From Candidatus Krumholzibacteriota bacterium (lineage in GTDB: Bacteria > Krumholzibacteriota > Krumholzibacteriia > LZORAL124-64-63), in NCBI GenBank assembly GCA_039714075.1, contig JBDLKA010000008.1, positions 1 to 62,651 of the forward strand: a DNA stretch of 62,651 nucleotides. Direction: 5' to 3'. Position 1 is the stretch's first letter. Every line of letters begins with the position of its first letter. A program made the position numbers and the translations under genes. Below the pieces are notes generated by a model that was given only the letters and a program-made list of their open reading frames with translations, did not search any database and was not told where the DNA came from. Positions 59,201 through 62,651 of this stretch are shown in pieces.

Positions 59201-59329
59201 CGGGCTGCCGCCGTAAACCATGTCCCCGCCCTTGGAAATCCGGGGCCGTTCGCCGGCCTGGGCCAAGGACGTGAAAAAAACCAGCAGAAGGACAACGGGT
59301 ACAGGAAGAGCGAGGGAACGAGGTATCAT
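56204..59329 (-). CDS. Large secreted FlgD-Ig-tailed protein, paralogue 2 (1041 aa)
   Basis: Colinear with paralogue 1 and highly similar over the full length. Confidence 0.9.
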   Translation of the reverse strand: MIPRSLALPVPVVLLLVFFTSLAQAGERPRISKGGDMVYGGSPDLAKAGADTINLMATRSDPTNGPGEPFYFGDFESAAGVPDWNGWTHWDATQPTVSHWQVSNYNQPDPANHAAWCGDISFAACDTSDVAGGYGNSWHDLIEFRQTVPFPAVESMVKVTATVIMDTEPGYDYVYLSYRYKEQPYADLWVEDGDGTVAVSDSVTYQPSDYLDGTDIAVYFRFTSDGAWSDDDCKWPTAGACQIDDINVRLVNAGYTEDFFEDFEHGGVADDFGLWNIAFPPGVGDFAQIWSGLDDLDPCVTNTTPQVAFIDDGIVIPGTGGTQCLSWCYGPGGYIVNTLGGLAGPREHLLNPIESPVMTWPAPKNGTGPDYDGAVLSFTVYRHEDLSADAPGIFFIWAVRSADTDGSAGFGVQNIATQEWQDRNFVYFGGPDYHRKVEFATDLMNPGRDEVQIQLAPFEFGWIFHWNGNDGTPAPYFDNVTLKIFPHIGPAMSAREFDLAQDNFPESGTIDSNDPGSHSVRFDMGNNISLASHLRNDPGDSLVVDITARRTGAGLDGAPELHYIVDRNPVFDPYRTSGLPSVGSVAGQPAVGLAGTPTANKWAFDLPDTGFLFPGDVLHYFISATDAIGGEGGNDPRTALMPPDTTGFSTGFGDPLGYNSTFTVRALPSLEADFSHPGILFINDFANLGGEDEWHTALGNAGLLVGEGYDVYYVNGPSTGVGNGIGGRADSALLAGYDEILYTAGDLSLNTIANGDFNNDSGDDVGTLTGWLEIGGKDMFLTGDNLAYSLSFSGTAANQFLNDIMGVGIQQKDILPLIGNQTSPLVVATAANPVFNGGLQSWVAFGGCPGINTFDAVSVFGTGNRVAEFTDPVGVPGVYTYSAATLNAVVGQAGNSRVISLPYDLMNVYTDPAAPVHQVPGRALLLMDVLDYFGVVSGNDPSGVDDIPGIRFQASHYPNPFNPRATIKYSLPRAGHLKLSIFNVRGQLVKTLIDGPRPAGENQTVVWDGSDNLGTAAASGLYFYEARAAGEVKTGKMMLMK

Positions 59330-59388
59330 GGTCTGCCCCTTGGATACAATAATGGCTTCAGCGATAGACGGGCGAACGAATGTATTTG

Positions 59389-59417
59389 ATGGTAAAGACA
59401 CGGCGAGAACGGCGCAA
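59389..59417 (-). promoter_or_regulatory. Sigma-70-like promoter of paralogue 2
   Basis: TTGCGC-17 nt-TACCAT. Confidence 0.65.
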
Positions 59418-59477
59418 CTCAGCCTATGACAGAGACATATGAATACATACTATTTCTATCGTATTTTCAGTGACTTA

Positions 59478-62400
59478 TCACCGCAGGAGGGTCATTTTTG
59501 CGGTCATGACCTCCCCCGCCGAGCGGGCTTCCAGGAAATACACGCCGCTGGCGGAGGCCGAGCCCAGATTGTCGCTGCCGTCCCAGACAACGGTCTGGCC
59601 GGTGCCGGCGGGCCGCGGGCCGTCAATCAGGGTTTTCACCAGCTGGCCGCGCACGTTGAAGATGCTCAGTTTCAGATGTCCGGCCGTGGGCAGCGAAAAC
59701 TCGATCGTCGTCCTGGGGTTGAAGGGGTTGGGGTAATTGCCTGCCCGGAAAGTGATTCCCGGCAGCACTGGTGAAGGATCAGGAACATCGCTCCAGATAC
59801 CAAAATAATTCAGGACATATTCCAAAAGCATGGTACGGGCCGCGAAGGGACTGCCTGGTGCAGAGGGATCGGTGTAGATATTCATCAGATCCACGGGCAT
59901 CGAGATGATCCTGCTCTCGGTAGGCCCGGGATTCCGGATATTCAGGGTGGCGGCGGAGTAGGAATAGAATCCGGGCATCCCTTGGGGATTGGTGAATTCG
60001 GCCAGGCGAAACGCGCCCCCCATGGGCTCCACGCCGTCGAAGGTGTTGATGCCGGGACAACCACCGTAGGCGTACCAGGTGTAAAGGGGGCCCAGGAACA
60101 CCGGGTTGCCCGCAATGATTTTAACCAGGGGCGTCACCTGATTGCCGATGGATGAGCTTATCGAATTTGTCCAGACCCTTACCCCCATGTAATCCTCTGC
60201 GAAGGCTGATGTTGCGGCCCCGGCCTGGTCGAGATCACTGGCCAGTTCGTCACCGGTCAGGAACATGTCCTTGCCGCCGATGTCCAGCCAATCGGTCAGG
60301 GTCCCCACGTCATCGCCGGCGTCGTTGTTGAAATCACCGTTGGCGATGGTGTTTACCCCCAGATCGCCCGAGGTGTAGAGGATCACCTCGTAATCCTTAA
60401 GCAACAGGGAACTGGCCCGCCCTCCGATGCCGTTGCCAACCCCCGAGCTGGGACCGTTGACGTAGTAGATGTCGTAATCCCAACCGGACAGAAGCCCGAT
60501 GTCGCTAAAAGCGGTATACCACTCATTCTCACCGCCGCGGTTCGCGAAGTCGTTTATGAACAGAACGCGCGGATGGGAATCATCAACCCATATCGACGGC
60601 AGGGCATGAACGACAAACGTGGAATTGTAGCCCATGGGGTCGCCGAAACTGGTGCTGAAGCCGGTGGTGTCGGCGGGCATGAGCGAGGTCTGTGGGTCGG
60701 CGCCACCCACGCCGCCGATGGCGTCCGTGGCGTAGAAGTAATAATGCAGGACGTCTCCCGGGAACAGGAAGCCGGTGTCGGGCAGATCGAATTGCCATTG
60801 GCCCGGAACAAATTCAACGCCCCCTGCCGGGGCACCAACAACCGACCCCCGATCCGGCATGCCGGCAGTACGATAGGGATCAAAAACCGGATTGGGATTC
60901 AACAGATAGTGCAATTCAGGATTACCGGTCAAGCCTGCCCCGGCCCGGACGGGAATGATGTCCGCCCGTATGGAATCACCCGGATCGTTCCGCAGGTGCG
61001 CATTCCAGGATATGTTCTTCGCCATGTCGAAGCGCACGCTATGTGAACCCGGGTCGCCCGGGTCGATGCTTCCCCGTTCGGGAAAATTGTCCTGGGCCAG
61101 GTCGATCTCGCGAGCGGACATCCCCGGGCCATTGTATGGGAAGACCTTTACCGTCACGTTGTCGAAGAAGGGAGCAGGGTATCCGTCGTTGCCCGTCCAG
61201 TACCATATCCAACCCAACTCGTAACAAGTCAGCTGCACCTGGACTTCGTCGCGGCCCTGAAACATCAGATCGGTCACGTCGTCACCGGCGCGGACATAAT
61301 CGGGACCACCGTAATAGACGTAGTTACGATCCCGCCAACCCTGTTCCGTGATGGCCTGGACGCCGTTCCCGGCGGAACCGTCGGTATCGGCGGAACGGAC
61401 ACCCCAGGTATAGAACATACCGGGAGCATCAGACGAAAGATCCTCGTGACGATAGACACCGAACGTCAGGATGATGCCGTCATAGTCGGGAGCTCCCGCA
61501 TCCTTGGCCACCGGCCAGGGCATGACGGGCGATTCGATGGCCACGTGCAGGTGATCGGACGGACCGGCGAGCCCACCGGTGGTCGAGACGATGTAACCGC
61601 CGGGTCCGTAGCACCAGTTGATGCAGTCACTTCCGCCGGTGCCGGGAACGACCTGGCCGTCATCGAGGAAGGCCACCTGGGCGGTGTAGTTGGTGTTACA
61701 GGGGTCGGCGTCCCGAAGATCTTTCCAGATATGGGCAAAGTCGCCGACACCGTCGGGGAAGGCGGTGTTCCAGATGCCGAAATCATCGGCAACGCCGCCG
61801 TGCTGAAAGTCTTCGAAGTAGTCATAGGTGTTACCGTCGTTCACGAGGTTGACGTTGATATCATCGATCCGGCAGGCGCCGGCTGAAGGGAAGGAGCAAT
61901 CCTCGTCGGACCAGCCGCCATCTGACCTGAAGCGGAAAAAGATCGCGATGTCCGTGCCATTCAAGTACTCCCCAGTGGAGTAGGTGACCGAGTTGTTGAC
62001 GGACACGGTGCCGGAGCCGTCCCAACTCTGCATGTCGCCCAAGTTCTGGCCCTCGAATCTGTAGCTCAGGTAGCTGTAATCGTACCCGGGCTCCGAGTCG
62101 TACTGCAGGGTGGCCGTGACGGTCACCTGGGTGCTTACCGCGGTATTCAGGGCGCCATTGGGATCATCGCTCCCATCGGTACGGAACTCGATCATGTCGT
62201 GCCAGTAGTTGCCGTAACCACCGACGGAATCGCTGGCGTCGCAGGCGGGGATGGCGGGATCACCACACCAGGCGGCGTAATTGCCCGGGACGGCCTGCTG
62301 GAAGTCGCTGACCAGGAAGTGGGTCTCGGTGGGCTGGGTGATGTCCCAGTGCGTCCAGCCGTTCCAGGCTGGATTTCCCTGAGCATCCTCGAAGTCCCCG

Positions 62401-62627
62401 TCGAAGTACGGTTCGTTGCCTCCGTCGCGGGGATCGGTATTGTTGGTGGGATCATTCGACGCCGCCATCAGGTTGATGGTGTCGGCTCCGGCCTTGGCGA
62501 AAGTCGGATTCCCACCATGGATCACACCGCCGCCGCGGGAATACCGGGGCAGGTCCCCGGCCTGAACCGAAACTGCCAAAAGCATACCCGCCGTCAATAC
62601 ATAGCCGAACATTCGAAAAATATTCAT
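59478..62627 (-). CDS. Large secreted FlgD-Ig-tailed protein, paralogue 3 (about 1049 aa)
   Basis: Colinear with paralogues 1 and 2 but more diverged. GGAG RBS. Confidence 0.9.
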   Translation of the reverse strand: MNIFRMFGYVLTAGMLLAVSVQAGDLPRYSRGGGVIHGGNPTFAKAGADTINLMAASNDPTNNTDPRDGGNEPYFDGDFEDAQGNPAWNGWTHWDITQPTETHFLVSDFQQAVPGNYAAWCGDPAIPACDASDSVGGYGNYWHDMIEFRTDGSDDPNGALNTAVSTQVTVTATLQYDSEPGYDYSYLSYRFEGQNLGDMQSWDGSGTVSVNNSVTYSTGEYLNGTDIAIFFRFRSDGGWSDEDCSFPSAGACRIDDINVNLVNDGNTYDYFEDFQHGGVADDFGIWNTAFPDGVGDFAHIWKDLRDADPCNTNYTAQVAFLDDGQVVPGTGGSDCINWCYGPGGYIVSTTGGLAGPSDHLHVAIESPVMPWPVAKDAGAPDYDGIILTFGVYRHEDLSSDAPGMFYTWGVRSADTDGSAGNGVQAITEQGWRDRNYVYYGGPDYVRAGDDVTDLMFQGRDEVQVQLTCYELGWIWYWTGNDGYPAPFFDNVTVKVFPYNGPGMSAREIDLAQDNFPERGSIDPGDPGSHSVRFDMAKNISWNAHLRNDPGDSIRADIIPVRAGAGLTGNPELHYLLNPNPVFDPYRTAGMPDRGSVVGAPAGGVEFVPGQWQFDLPDTGFLFPGDVLHYYFYATDAIGGVGGADPQTSLMPADTTGFSTSFGDPMGYNSTFVVHALPSIWVDDSHPRVLFINDFANRGGENEWYTAFSDIGLLSGWDYDIYYVNGPSSGVGNGIGGRASSLLLKDYEVILYTSGDLGVNTIANGDFNNDAGDDVGTLTDWLDIGGKDMFLTGDELASDLDQAGAATSAFAEDYMGVRVWTNSISSSIGNQVTPLVKIIAGNPVFLGPLYTWYAYGGCPGINTFDGVEPMGGAFRLAEFTNPQGMPGFYSYSAATLNIRNPGPTESRIISMPVDLMNIYTDPSAPGSPFAARTMLLEYVLNYFGIWSDVPDPSPVLPGITFRAGNYPNPFNPRTTIEFSLPTAGHLKLSIFNVRGQLVKTLIDGPRPAGTGQTVVWDGSDNLGSASASGVYFLEARSAGEVMTAKMTLLR

Positions 62628-62651
62628 GGCCATCTCCACTTTGGGAACATC

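Noticed and set aside
1..62651. CRISPR arrays, tRNA/rRNA genes, transposases, prophage genes
   Set aside because: I saw no spaced direct-repeat array, cloverleaf or recombinase motifs by eye. tRNAscan and Infernal runs would be needed to exclude them fully.

Overview
GC-rich, gene-dense bacterial chromosome segment. It most likely comes from an FCB-superphylum lineage such as Ca. Krumholzibacteriota/Latescibacterota, inferred from the FlgD-type 'PNPFNP' C-terminal domains, a 'WGxIKxLYR' tail and a PorX-like regulator. Housekeeping genes include alr, fur, hup, a very long lptD, a ROK kinase, folC, accD, rimI, tsaB, tsaE, serS, pyrF, pyrE, pgeF, rtcB, msrB, icmF and an M16 peptidase pair. Highlights: (1) a UGA-interrupted UshA-like metallophosphoesterase fused to a tetraheme cytochrome c, with a CGU motif and a SECIS-like hairpin; (2) a second candidate selenoprotein, a small SEC-C protein; (3) a probably leaderless His/CxxC/RGPP (DUF2946/CruR-like) arrest-peptide uORF heading an ATPase-less metal uptake operon; (4) a histidine kinase-porX pair next to tsaE; (5) a candidate structured sRNA with its own promoter; (6) two long palindromes that share a conserved core; (7) a tandem array of three ~1040-aa secreted FlgD-tailed paralogues. 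I saw no rRNA, tRNA, CRISPR array or transposase. Many starts were moved from the ORF track to RBS-supported codons. All family calls come from motif recognition by eye, not from database searches.
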